From: Podarcis pityusensis | Taxonomy: Eukaryota | Length of the DNA stretch: 64,000 bases | Strand: one strand, 5' to 3' | NCBI GenBank assembly: GCA_964106645.2 | Contig: OZ067038.1 | Shown here: positions 52,391 to 64,000 of the stretch, in pieces | How positions within the stretch are numbered: position 1 is the first letter of the stretch | How the letters are laid out: each line of letters opens with the position of its first letter | Position numbers and translations under genes: made by a program | The notes under the pieces: generated by a model | Databases searched by the model: none | Seen by the model: only the letters and a program-made list of their open reading frames with translations | Told to the model about the DNA's origin: nothing

Positions 52391-53604
52391 AATAAGGTCC
52401 GAGAAGGACTAGCTGCTAGAAAAGGGTGTTTATTTTTTTATTTTTTAAAAAAAGAGGGGGAGGGAAAAAATTAAATAAAACAAGCCAGGGACGAACCTAA
52501 ATTTCACAGAGGAGGGGAAAATCTTGCGAGCAGAAAAGTGGCTTGAATCGAAGGCAAAAGGGGGAAATGCTTCCGTAGAAGGGATCTGGTGCCCTTGCTC
52601 AAGGTATGTGTTTTTTCAAATAAGTCGATTACTTAGTAAATGCTTTTCCTAGGGTCTCCTTGGACTTTGATTTCAGAACGTGGGGAGGGGGACACCTCAA
52701 ACCCCCTCCCTGCTGTCTCCTGGTCTTTAGTTTTTCTCGCACACATTTCCATTTCAGAGATGGATGTCTTGTTGTTGTTTTTTATCTGTCCCTTACCTAC
52801 CTGCCTACCTGCCTTTCAGGCTAACTTTTAGGATGATTTAAACCGATGTAAAGCAAAGCTGTGTCTGCAACAAGAGAAATGGGTTGTCATCGGATAGATC
52901 ATGCCTAGGTGGGCTTGCCCGTGTTGACGTGGGATCCAGCTCGGATTCAAATCGATAACAAAAGCCCTCTTGCTGCACCTGGTCAGGGTAGGTCTAGGTG
53001 ACATCAAGAATCCGGCGGCAAGCCTGGCTAGGCAAGTTGAGAAATAATTCTCTTCCTGGGTCTCATGATACCTCGTTAACCAGCTCTCCCTCCTCATACC
53101 CTCCGAAAACATCGCCTAGCATTTTTCAGTACTTGCAAATCACAGTATTGCCCGACACTCCTGTCCTCAACGCATGATGGGAAGGCAAGTCCAGCCCCTC
53201 TGATATCTGCCGGACCGGCTCTCAAATAATGTTTTGCAGATCAGGCGGTAAAAAGGCTGCAAGGTCTAACAGGCACCTTTCCTGGGGAGCATGTCCCGTT
53301 GAACTCATTGGGACTGGCTTCTGAGTAAACATGCCCAGGTTGGTTCGCTCTGCAAATGAAAGCAACCCCCTTGGAATTGGATGGCCAGACTTTCCAGTCG
53401 GGAGGCGAGATTTTTCAGGGGGCTTCGACTGTAGCGAGCTATAGGCAGAATCTCAAGCATTGCCAGAAGGCTTGTGCCATTGCGCCCAAGTTTTGCAGAA
53501 CAGAAAGATCCAAAAGTTACACGCAACGCTGTCATTCTGACAAGGACGGAAGGTTTGCAGCGCCCTGACTTTCCCTCTCTAGTTTGTCAGGCGCTCCTAG
53601 GGAG

Positions 53605-53646
53605 GGAAGGAAGGAAGGAAGGAAGGAAGGAAGGAAGGAAGGAAGG
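53605..53646. repeat. (GGAA)n microsatellite
   Basis: Seen directly. Confidence 0.95.
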
Positions 53647-54052
53647 TAGATAGATCCTGGGAAATTCCGTGTTAGGTTTGAAAAGAAGAAAGGGAAAAAA
53701 GTTCCTAAGAGGCATAGTGCGATCCTAACGGAGTTCAGAAGTAAAAGTACAGCCTTAATTTAAGATAGTCTGAGGAGGGGAAGGTAAGGAAAATAATATG
53801 GGGGAGGGGGAGATGAATCCGACTCCCCTAAGCTGGGTTTTCCTTCCCTCTCCCCTGCCCCCTTCAGGATTCTTAATGGTATTAATTTGGCTCCAACATG
53901 ATCCCGGCTTGTCTTGTATTATTTGCCCCCCCCTTTCCCCCCTCCTTTAAAACATTTTCATAATAAGCGTGATGCTGGCCAATGTTGTTTGATTTGTTTT
54001 TCTGCCCCTCATCCCCGAGCTCCCCCCCCCTTTCCTTTTTTCTCCCCCGACT

Positions 54053-54270
54053 GAGACATTAGCTGAATTCCCTGGGGGTGATTGGATGCAGCTCGCTGAA
54101 AGTCGACAGGCACGTCCTGGATGTTAGAAATTCACTTTTCCTCGACGTGACAAGGCTGAGTTCGATCTACAATTGTATTTGAAAGGGCAACGAGCGGAAA
54201 GATCTCCCATCATTAAAGCTTCTCCTCTCCTTTAGCGAAATAACAAGATACTTCATTTGCACACAAACAC
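54053..54270. promoter_or_regulatory. Ectoderm (lens placode) enhancer EE
   Basis: Minus strand TAATGATGGGAGATCTTTCCGCTC...CAAATACAATTGTAGATCGAA...CTTGTCA...GAATTTCTAACATCCAGGACGTGCC...CCCCCAGGGAATTCAGCTAATG matches the recalled mouse EE core; upstream of P0. Confidence 0.88.
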
Positions 54271-54335
54271 TCCCTTTTTAAAAAAATAAAAAAATAAAAA
54301 TAAAGACAGAAGACGCCACCTCGACCCTCGATAAG

Positions 54336-54336
<1 letters not shown>

Positions 54337-54369
<33 letters not shown>
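54337..54369. repeat. (ATA)n microsatellite between EE and the pancreas enhancer
   Basis: Seen directly. Confidence 0.95.
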
Positions 54370-54479
54370 GCAGCTCTTGCTGCATAAAGGAAGCACATTG
54401 AAAGAAAAAGTGGGGGTGTCCAGGATCCCCGCCCTCCACAAGCGTATCCGAGCTTCCCCAAAGCGCCCATGTGATCCAG

Positions 54480-54720
54480 TTGACTTTTTTACTTTAAATC
54501 TTGAATAAGATGTGAGTTGTAACAAGGGGATTTGCACTTACTCCCTGACCCTTGTAATTGGATTAAATATAGACTGAGACGTACAAAAACAGACCAAGAT
54601 TGACACCTGCCAACTGGGCTTCCTTATGATTGATTGTGATGCTTCGTGCTGGCAACAATAATGAAACAAATTGTATGGATAAAAACGGCGCGTTTGTCAT
54701 TTCCGTGCCATAAGAGGAGA
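54480..54720. promoter_or_regulatory. Pancreas enhancer upstream of EE
   Basis: TTGACACCTGCCAACTGG...TATGATTGATTGTGATGCTTCGTGCTGGCAACAATAATGAAAC: Meis (TGACA) and Pbx (TGATTGAT) motifs in the expected position just distal to EE. Confidence 0.8.
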
Positions 54721-56178
54721 AGAGGCAGCGTGGCTGGCAAGCTGTTCGCTGACAGCCCAGAGCGGAGCGGGCACGTTGTGCAGGAGAGCTCAGGCCAGCG
54801 AGGCCAGCCGCTGACAGGGCAAATGATCCCTTGTCACAACCTCCTTAAATCGCCCCCCCTCCCCAAAGTTTGCCCATTAACATATAGATTGCTCGGGCGA
54901 GGGCGAGGAGGGCTTCCAAAAGTTACCACGCGCGGAGCAAGCCGCCGAGGAAAGTCTCGGAGCGCGGAGAGCCTGGTCTCCAACATGGCTCCTTCTTGCG
55001 CGCGTCGGAGGAAGCAGAGGCGGCCGAAAAGTCGCTCCTCCTTCGCTTCCGTGGGGTGGGCGGCGGCGGGGCATTTCCCCGAGGCAGCAACGGGGCCCTG
55101 GCCCTGCCGGGGTGGGGAGAAGGCGCAGGCCAGCCACGGGGAAGGGAGGCGCCTGGAGGAGCCCCGAAGGTCCCCTCTCTCCGCAGGACCAGGCCGAGTT
55201 CAAGCGAAAGGCCCCGCCGAGTCCTGGAGGCGGGAAGGAAAGGGCGCTGCTGCTTCTCCTCTCCGGGCTCAGGCCCCCCGCGCCCACAGCGAGCCGCTCG
55301 CGGGCCGCAAGTTCGTGAGAGAGATCGGGGCTCCTTCTCGCCGGCAGAAGCGAAGTGGCGCCGATTTCGCGGCGGGGAACCGATTGGGAAATGGAGGCGC
55401 CGAAGAGCTCCTCGTGGCTAAAGCGGCAGCCCAGGGCTTGTGTGTGTGTGCTGCTTCTGCAGACTGAGGCCTGGTCCTGAAAGCAGCCTCCAGAGCCGAG
55501 TTGAAGCCCCGCTATCGCGCGGTGAATTTCGGGGTCAGGCACAAAGCCGCCCGCCTTCCTGCTCAGTTAGGCGGCCTCTTACAGCCACCCGGGGGGTCAC
55601 TTCCTCCTTCCTGGATGTCTCCTAATTTCTGCCTCCCAAACGCCAGAGGGAATCCTACTCTCGCCCTTCACCAGTCCAACAAGTGGTCCTTATTTCAAAC
55701 GACGCCATACCAAGGGACTACAACTCCCATGATACCTGAGCATTGGCCTTGCTGGCTGGGCTGGTGGGAATTGTAGTTCGCCAGCGTCCGAAGGGTGCCA
55801 CGTCGGCTTCTCCAGCCATAAGTACTCTTCCTGCAAGCGATTTATTCGCGATCCTTAACACCACCCTGATCTTGCTTTACTCACCTGCAGCGCGGGAAGC
55901 CGAAGGTGCGGCTTTTAGCCAGGCCCATAAAGTGCCTCTTTTGTTCACAAGAGCATAGGAGACGCCTCTGACTGCGCCCAGATCTCCCCATGTCTCTTGG
56001 AACTCCAACCTCTAGTCCCCTGAGCCAGAGTCTCTTGCTTTGCACCTTGGCAGCGGCATGCGATTAGAAACGGTGCAAAGCTTTTAATCGGTCGTCTGAG
56101 AGGGATACTTTTAAACTCCCCTCGCCGGCTCACTGATGCTTTTTTCCCTGCGGCCTGCTAACGCACAGTGGCAGCGAA

Positions 56179-56348
56179 GGGTCGTGGCTCCGGTGGCAGA
56201 GCATCTGCGTTGCATGCATAAGGCCCGGGGTGCATCTCCAGATAAGGTTGGGAATGGCGCCTTGTCTGGAAAAGCCTGCGGAGCCGCTGCCAGCCGGTGT
56301 AAGCAGTGCTGAGCTACATGAGCCACTGTCTGTTATATGTTCCTATGA
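56179..56348 (+). mobile_element. Second, more decayed copy of the same SINE family
   Basis: GGCTCCGGTGGCAGAGCATCTGCGTTGCATGCA...GCATCTCCAG...GAGCCGCTGCCAG...CTGAGCTA...ATGTTCCTATG aligns by eye with 12037-12217. Confidence 0.8.
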
Positions 56349-57019
56349 TCTTGAATAAGGCTTATAGCTTAGTATAAGCTACTGTTCCATATTAAAACTT
56401 ATCACTGGGCACACTTGGCCCAGTGAAGTTGGCCACCCCATTTCGGAGTTCTAGAGAGCCTGCATCAGTTTAAGACGATTAAAAATAAATCTAAGAGCAC
56501 TTTATCACTGCCTGAAGGCTTTCAGTTGTTTCTTCAGTTTATACCTTCTCTCCGCCAAATCTTCTGTTCTGTCTGGAAGAGAACATATTTTCATCAAAAC
56601 ACAACACTTTCCCTCTCTTTGGTGTAACTGCATACAGGAAAGGTTCTCCAATAACCCAATTCACAAGCCACTTAAACCCAAGTAATCTAACTGGGGTTAA
56701 GGCTTGCATCCTCCTAAGCAAGTGCCATTGAAAAAGGAAATGATAATTTACCTTTTTGGGGGGAGGGGCTTTCTTTTTGGAGTAATGCTGAGTCTCCTAC
56801 GCCTTAATGTATTTGGCTTATTGTTCTGCAGTGTTCAGGCACCGTTCTATTCCCAAAGTGGTGACTGGTGCTTCCTGTAGTCCTTCTGCGCTGGAGGCTC
56901 AAGATTTGATAGCTTCTGATGAGTAACTCCAAATGAGTGCATTAATATGTAAATGGAGCTTAGTGGCTCTAAATCTTCATGGCCTTTTCCTCAGCCTACA
57001 AAGTTCTGTTTGTTTTGCG

Positions 57020-57021
<2 letters not shown>

Positions 57022-57055
<34 letters not shown>
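57022..57055. repeat. (AC)n microsatellite
   Basis: Seen directly. Confidence 0.95.
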
Positions 57056-57058
<3 letters not shown>

Positions 57059-57630
57059 TGAGCCAAGTGACACTGGTATGGAAAAGGAAGACATTAATGG
57101 TCCAATTAAATAGCAACATGCATGACATTACACCTCTAGCCAATAACTAGGCAGGAGCTTCCCCCCCTTTATTTCAAGTACAAAATGCCCTTTCTTCCCT
57201 GAATGAAACAGGAATGGACTTTACAGATCCTAGAAAGGTAATGCCAGACTTCACCTCCTGCTCTTCTATGGTGTGGGCTACTAGGTTACAATTAGAAGGA
57301 ACTCTTCCAATGCTAAACAGAGCAGCCCACATCACAGTCGAGTAAAATGGGGAGTCCTCCAGAGGTTGTGGGTGGAAGAGGGCAGCAAAAAGAGGACCAG
57401 CAATGGGGTAAACTGGGTGCTTTTGTGGCCTATGGGAGAAGGAAGAATTAGTTTGAGCTACGTGGTGGAGAAGCGTTTTAGTGGCTGCAGTTACTGCGAA
57501 GGGGATGAAACTGATGCTGATTCCCATTAGGAAGTAGGTTCAGCTGAAATTCATGGGACTCATTTTTGTGGTGTCCTGGGCAGTAAATCACTCTGAGGCC
57601 TATTGGTTTTATGTTCAAGAGAAAAATAAT

Positions 57631-57888
57631 GGACCAATGGCTTCAGATTACAAGAGAGGAGATTCTGACTCAACATCAGGAAGAACTTTCTGACAGCAAG
57701 AGCTGTTCGACAGTGGAACAGACTCCCATGAGAGGTGGTGGACTCTCCTTCCTTGGAGGTTTTTAAGCAGAGGCTGGATGGCTACCCGTCATGTACGATC
57801 TAGTTGAGATTCCTACATTGCAGGGGTTGGGCTACATGACCCTCAGGCCCTTGCAGCTCTATGGTTCCATTAGTCTATGATTCTATGA
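57631..57888 (+). mobile_element. CR1 LINE 3' fragment
   Basis: Typical ORF2 end and 3'UTR (AGGAAGAACTTTCTGACAG...GTGGACTCTCCTTCCTTGGAGGTTTTTAAGCAGAGGCTGGATGG) ending in CTATGATTCTATGA. Confidence 0.92.
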
Positions 57889-59309
57889 GCATATACACAG
57901 AGTGGACAAATATATGACCCCTTGGCCAGCTAATGACACCCACTGCTTTCTATTGTGCTGTTTGGAAGCCTGCCCACAACAGTGGGACAATTTCAAACAT
58001 GCATGTAAATAAGTTGACTTCTCTATATTTGGCTCAACCTTGATCGGCACTGGACTGGATATCAAGGCCGCTGCCATCATTAGGCGATATTGGCAGCTGC
58101 CTAGGGCATAGGCCTCAGAGGGGTGCAATACAGGCCTTTGAGGGACACAGTTTTATGCAGATTAGATTTTGTTAGCCCTTATACATTTTTGAAAATATTT
58201 TGCTTTTATTTTATATTTTGATGAATATTATCGTTTCTACATGACATCTGCTTTTGAAAATTAAGGTTAAGATTTTTTTGGGTGTGTGTGTAAATAATGA
58301 ACCTTGCAAAATAGCCAGGCCCCAACACTGGGTGATAAGAGAAAGTCCTGCTCTAGGGGTTAGATCTGTGGTGGTGCATTTACCTAGTCAAAATTACTGG
58401 ATGCCTCCATCTAATGGACATACATGTGTGAAGGAGCCAGTGCTAATGACACCTAGCTCACTTTATGGTCTCGAGGCATGTCATTTGATTGCATCCTTCC
58501 TGGTGCCCTCCAGATATGTTGGATCACAACCCATCCATCATCCTTGGTCACTGGCCAGGCTGGATGATCTGATGGGCTGCAGATGGAGGCAGGTTGGACT
58601 ACTGGGATCACTAAATATTTGGGTTTTGGAAGTCTGTTTCTTATTTTATTCACTATAGATCCACTTGGCTGGATTTCTTGATTTTGTATTCTTTCCAGCA
58701 AAGACTAAGGAGATAAGTCTGCAGCCCAGTTTGCATCTACTTGGAAGTGAACTTTCTTGTCAGGAGGGGGTGGGATGGGGATAAGGAATGCAGCCAAATG
58801 GAGGGATTCCCTAGCCACCACACCCCTCAGTGGGACAGGACATTGGTCAATGATCACAAAAAGGTCAAATCCAGCCAAAGGATTCCAGGTATCTGCCAAC
58901 ATAGGAAGTAGTGCTTCTGCAGGCCTAGTTAGGATCTGTCCTTTGTCAAGAGCCAGAATTGTTCAGCTGGGGAAAATCATGCCCCTCCCTTTAAAAATAC
59001 TGTCTTATCACCCTCTCACTCCAATCAATCTAATTTTAGTTTATAAAGCATAAAAGAAGTATATTTGGTGCCTATTTCTGGCTGCTTACCTATCATGGAA
59101 AAAGACAAGCGACGAGATTCACCCTATCCCCAAACAGCATAAATTGACCTTTCCAGTTCTCTGTAATTGCTACCAAGCTCATTCCTAGAAATTAAAATGC
59201 TGAAAGTGATTTGAATTCTGTTAAAGTAAGGGAAGGGGGTGGAGGGGAAGGAGGAAAAAAAAAATAAAAATAAAAAAGCAAAACAAGAGAGGGACAAAAC
59301 CGAAGTTCC

Positions 59310-59800
59310 ATCGAATTAGTTTTAGTCCGCCTGCTCTCCCCAGTGACTGCATCTATTAGCATTANNNNNNNNNNNNNNNNNNNNNNNNNNNNNNNNNNNN
59401 NNNNNNNNNNNNNNNNNNNNNNNNNNNNNNNNNNNNNNNNNNNNNNNNNNNNNNNNNNNNNNNNNNNNNNNNNNNNNNNNNNNNNNNNNNNNNNNNNNNN
59501 NNNNNNNNNNNNCTATATCAATGCTAATTTCTCCCCCCTAGACTCCAGGTGCCGGGCAAGGAGGGGATGGTGCGCCTGCCCAGCGCAACGGCTTACAAAG
59601 GGGGGAAGCGCTTGCTGTGGAGAGGGCCAAAAGAAACGGAGCCCCACATAAAATTACACCTATTTCCCCCCCTTTTGCTACAAAACCTGGTTCTTATGAG
59701 GCAAAGTTAAACAAAGCAGCTATGCTAAATTAGCGTTAAATAAAGGCGAGTTTAATGCTCGGCTACAGTCAACTGGTGTATATTTGATGGCTAATTGTCT
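59310..59800. promoter_or_regulatory. Upstream conserved element about 12 kb from P0 (core masked)
   Basis: N 59365-59512 flanked by ATTAGCATTA and ATCAATGCTAATT; ATGCTAAATTAG further on. Confidence 0.45.
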
Positions 59801-60969
59801 ATCAAAATTAAAGAGAAAAGAACAAATGATTCGTTATAAGAAGGTGTTAAAAGCTCCAACAAAGGGGGACATTTCACAAATATAATATCTTTGGATGGTG
59901 AATTTGAGTCTTTCGGGTGGTTTGGGAAAAAAGGAGAAGTGAGGGGTGGGGGAAAGATCTGAAAGTCCGTCAAAACAGCACGAGTTTTAAACAGGGAGCC
60001 TTTTAAACCTCAAGAATGGGCTCTCTGAATGAAAAGAGAAAATCGACACAATAAAATAGGGCTTTTTTTAAAAAAAGAGAGAAATAAATAATTGCTGAAA
60101 GGAACTAATAATGAGCAACAGTACCTGCATTCGAAGTAAAGGTACTTCAGGAAATCACGCTAGAGAGGAACGTGATGCTTTTGGTAGTTCTTGCAGTTAT
60201 TAGGAAAGGTATTAGGAGTCTGGGAAGTTCTCTTGCGCAAGCCCCAAGGAAATGAAGTGGGACTACGCAAAGAGTACTGTTGTTGCAGAGGAACAGAGAT
60301 ATGATTTACAAATCAGCTCCTAGCAAGAAGGCATGTTGGGGAGACTTCAGAGTAAAGGAGAAGCTCCTTCTGCGGATAAATTTATGTAGTTTGTGTACAG
60401 GGATTTCTTTATTTTTTTAAATTTAAAAGGTAACTTTGAAATATTCATCATTTCTTCTTCCATTGGGTTCCCTACTTTTGAAAACTGATTAAAATAAAAA
60501 CAAGCGCTCTCCCCTCATCATGAGAAGAGTTTTAAGAACATCCTGAAATATTTCCTATTGGGATTAATGCGGCCGAAAAGTTCTTGACTTTCTCTGAATC
60601 GTGCCCAAAGGAAGCGGGGATAATAAAAAAGTAAAGCATAAATTAAAAATAAGACACGCTGTCTAAGTTCAGCAAACAGCAGAAACAAAACAAACCCCAA
60701 ATACTCCTTCGCCCCCCCCCAACCGAAAAAAGTCTCGACTAAGGCGTCAGAGCGCAATGGTCACTGATGAACTCGACACCAATTTTGTCGATCTGCATTA
60801 GAAGAAGACGCAGGCGAAAGGCTTTCGTTGGAGTAAATGTAAAAGAAGCCATATATGCAGAGAAAAGAACAAGCGGGGGGGGGGGGGAGAGCCTCGAACT
60901 AAATCATGCAGCAAGAAGGACAAACCGTCTGGAAAATGGACCTACGGAGCAGCAAGAATGTACTTTTTA

Positions 60970-61230
60970 TTTTATTTTTCCCATTAAACAAAAATTCTTT
61001 GACAACTTGTGTCCTAAAGAAACTATCTTGAAGATAATTGAAATGATTACAATTCATTGCTGCAGCATTACTTTGAATATCAGCAGTCAAATAATGAAAT
61101 CTTAGTAATACAGCCAAAATTTAATTTGCATTACAGCATTGTTCAGGCTCTCCTTTTATGCCCAGCTTCCCCTAGAAAATTTTGTGATAATACATAATTC
61201 TGTACTTCGTTGCATTATTCATATTTTGGG
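60970..61230. promoter_or_regulatory. Upstream candidate conserved element about 14 kb from P0
   Basis: Very dense ATTA/TAAT, octamer ATTTGCAT, and Sox CATTGT/ACAAT motifs. Confidence 0.5.
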
Positions 61231-64000
61231 GGTAATATTTTCTCCGCCTTTCCTTTCCCAGTAAATGGCCTCCTCGGAAACTTCAAGGTGGGGGGGGGGG
61301 ATGTAAATGCACAGCGACTGGAGCAAATCAGCTTCTGATCAGAGATACACACATATATTTATATGAAAAAGAAAACAAATGTTTAACCTCTCCCCCCAAA
61401 CTTCTTGCATCCCCACCCAAAATATTATTTTAAAAAAACCAGCTTCGTTTTGATCTTGGTTGAAGTAAAGGGATCTTCTTTTATACATAAAAAAACTGTT
61501 CTTAACAGTTAATAGAACAATAACTTGCTTGAAATAGTCAGGGCAGCTCCTTACCACCGAGTAGCATCAAAAGCAGAATATTCTAGCAGAACTGATGGTG
61601 AGCTGAATAAGCGGCGGGAAGACCGCATTCCCCACCTGAAAAGGCTTATTTATGGGTTTCCCTTCCATAAATTTGAGCCGGGTCTAGAAATCCATATGGC
61701 TTATCAACTGTCTCTAGAATAAGTACTTTCACACGGAATTTATCTGGCAGACCTGCAGCTCGATTCACTTTCTAATGGAAAGACCTGCGCTCTTTATTTT
61801 GATTTTAAAAAAGAAAGATAGAAAGGACTCTGTCATTTCAAGTAAATTTGTTTGGGATCGCAGTTCCGGAGACGCACGTTTTGTTTTGATCTCTCTTTTG
61901 GGAAGACTTCGTCAACATTTAGTTCAGCGCAAAGTTCAAAAGGTCTTGAACTCTGAGGCTATATATTTTTTTTTATTGGGGGAGAGGGTGTCTAAGAAAT
62001 TAAAACGTCGTCACCATCTTATTTAATTTAATCTGTTCCATATAAAAAAGTCCACCTACTCCTCCCTCATTAGACTATCGATCATACACAAATCTTTGCA
62101 TTAAGGGCGAGGAGAGAGGAATGAGGGTTCTTTTTTCATGGCGTGAATGCAAAACACCCACACCCTCACACACCCCCATGGCATGTTGCGGGCAACGTGT
62201 CTCTTAATCCAAATTAGAGAAGGACCACTATANNNNNNNNNNNNNNNNNNNNNNNNNNNNNNNNNNNNNNNNNNNNNNNNNNNNNNNNNNNNNNNNNNNN
62301 NNNNNNNNNNNNNNNNNNNNNNNNNNNNNNNNNNNNNNNNNNNNNNNNNNNNNNNNNNNNNNNNNNNNNNNNNNNNNNNNNNNNNNNNNNNNGTAGATGT
62401 ATCTGCTGGGATTGTGTGTATGTGTATATATATGTGTATGGGGAGAAGATACCGGAATATAAAACGGACTAAACTTTGGGATCGCCCCCCCCTTTTTTTA
62501 ATCCTCTGCCCTGAGAACAGAAGCACATTTTAGAAATTATTTTTATTATGCAGACTCTCGCCAGGATTTAAGTTCTCTGTCATGATTGTTTTCATATTTC
62601 TTTGACATCTATTGATTCGGAGGCAGCTGCGAGGGTTTGTCACAAGAGAGAAGAGCAGTCACAATATATTAGCTTGACGGCATAACTCAAAGACCAGGAG
62701 GAGCGGGAGGGAGCGCGGCAGCGGGGCACGTGACCCAAGGCTGGGGCCCTCCGACAAAATCAAGAAATTAATTTTTAATAATAATCTTTTTTTTAATAAA
62801 GGGGGTGGGGGGAGAGAGAGAGAGAGAGAGAGAGAGAGCATGGCGACGGCGGCAACACTCTTGTTAATTTCCCAACACTAGAGAAGCCGAGACAGAAGCT
62901 CTCCCAGGCGCCTTCCCCGGGATTTCTGTATTAATTTGTATTTCGAAATTCCTTTTCTGCATCAGATGCGAAGCGAATGCCGCAGAGTTTCGTGTGTGTG
63001 TGTGTCTCTGTGTGCGCGTTCCCATTTCCACCAGCCTCATCTGCTTGGGAAAGAAAGACTACTTCCGATCCTAAAGTCAGAATGACTCCCCCCACGGGTT
63101 GGTTTTTGTGGAATCAAACTGGGGTGCGGGGGATTATTCTCTGCCGCGGGGCTGGGCAAAAGGGAGTCAGCCCTGCTTCAATGATTCTATGGAACCAACT
63201 CCTGCTTCGTTCTGAATCTGCGATCAGGAGGGCTCTTAATTGGGACGCCCCTGGGCTGAACAGCGTCGTGGGTCTGGGTTTGGGAAGCGCTGGTGGAATT
63301 GGTTGTTTTTGAGCCACCGATCCTAATGGAGTTTCGTGTATTGAGACAGCACACAGTATAAATCCATTAAACATAATACTCCTTTACTGAATCCTTAACT
63401 GTTTAATCTTGCTAAATCTTGCTAAAACAAGGGGGAAAGGGGGTATTATGTTGTAATATGGAGTAGCTGGAGAATCGGGTCCATTGATACGGATAGCTAC
63501 ACATTTCCGGCTGCAGAGGACTGAGGTGTCGGATCCAGTTCAAGCCCGGGCTGTTAATGATCAATTCACACTTCAAACCAGCCTAGTTCGCTCTTTGCTT
63601 GGGTGCGGATGAGGGGAATCAGGAGATTTTTTTTTTTTAAAGTTTGGGTGTACCAAGAGGTTTATAAAATCTACTTCTGGTTCAACGGACAAAGACATTG
63701 AACAAAATAAATAAATACGCAGAGGTCGTTAACCCCCCATTTATTATCTCCCCCTTCTTTCATCAGTTCAAAGTCTTTTGCTCCCCCCCCCGCCCACCCC
63801 GCGCCTCTGTTCCTTCCAAAATTTCCACATTGCCTTGTATGTAGATGGAAGTATTTCGAGCAGGTTTGGGCAAGAGATCAGAATTATGGCTGGTGATTAA
63901 AAGCAGTCATTGTGCTTAATCTGGAAAGGGAGGGGCGGAAAGAATCCCTGAATCAGAGACACGCGAGGAACCAGAGCAGGGCGGGGAGGGGGGGAGAGTC

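Noticed and set aside
54646-55542. 273-aa and 221-aa ORFs
   Set aside because: Stop-poor CpG island open in several frames on both strands; overlaps an enhancer.

Overview
Eukaryotic DNA: essentially the whole PAX6 locus of a sauropsid, most likely a squamate (CR1 3' ends, tRNA-derived SINEs, DGCPQQ linker), on the minus strand. Ten coding exons (4-13; 10+131+216+166+159+83+151+116+151+86 = 1269 nt) splice to an intact 422-aa Pax6 with paired domain, homeodomain and PST domain. Also recognisable: non-coding exons 0, 1, 2, 3 and probably alpha, promoters P0 and P1, the ectoderm (lens) and pancreas enhancers, intron-4 NRE/alpha and intron-7 conserved elements, and the 3'UTR. All eight N-runs (140-195 nt) fall in or next to apparently highly conserved non-coding segments; one hides the expected exon 5a. 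No prokaryotic-type system or CRISPR array is present. Best leads: (1) the 5' leader preserves a teleost-like N-terminal extension (MPQKESYPRATW) that is 1 nt out of frame with MQNS, so exon 3 inclusion or skipping switches between a short uORF and an overlapping ORF; (2) wild-type Ala at human position T391; (3) non-random N-masking; (4) many decayed ~80-bp palindromic elements. Comparisons with human, mouse and zebrafish are from memory, not from a database search.
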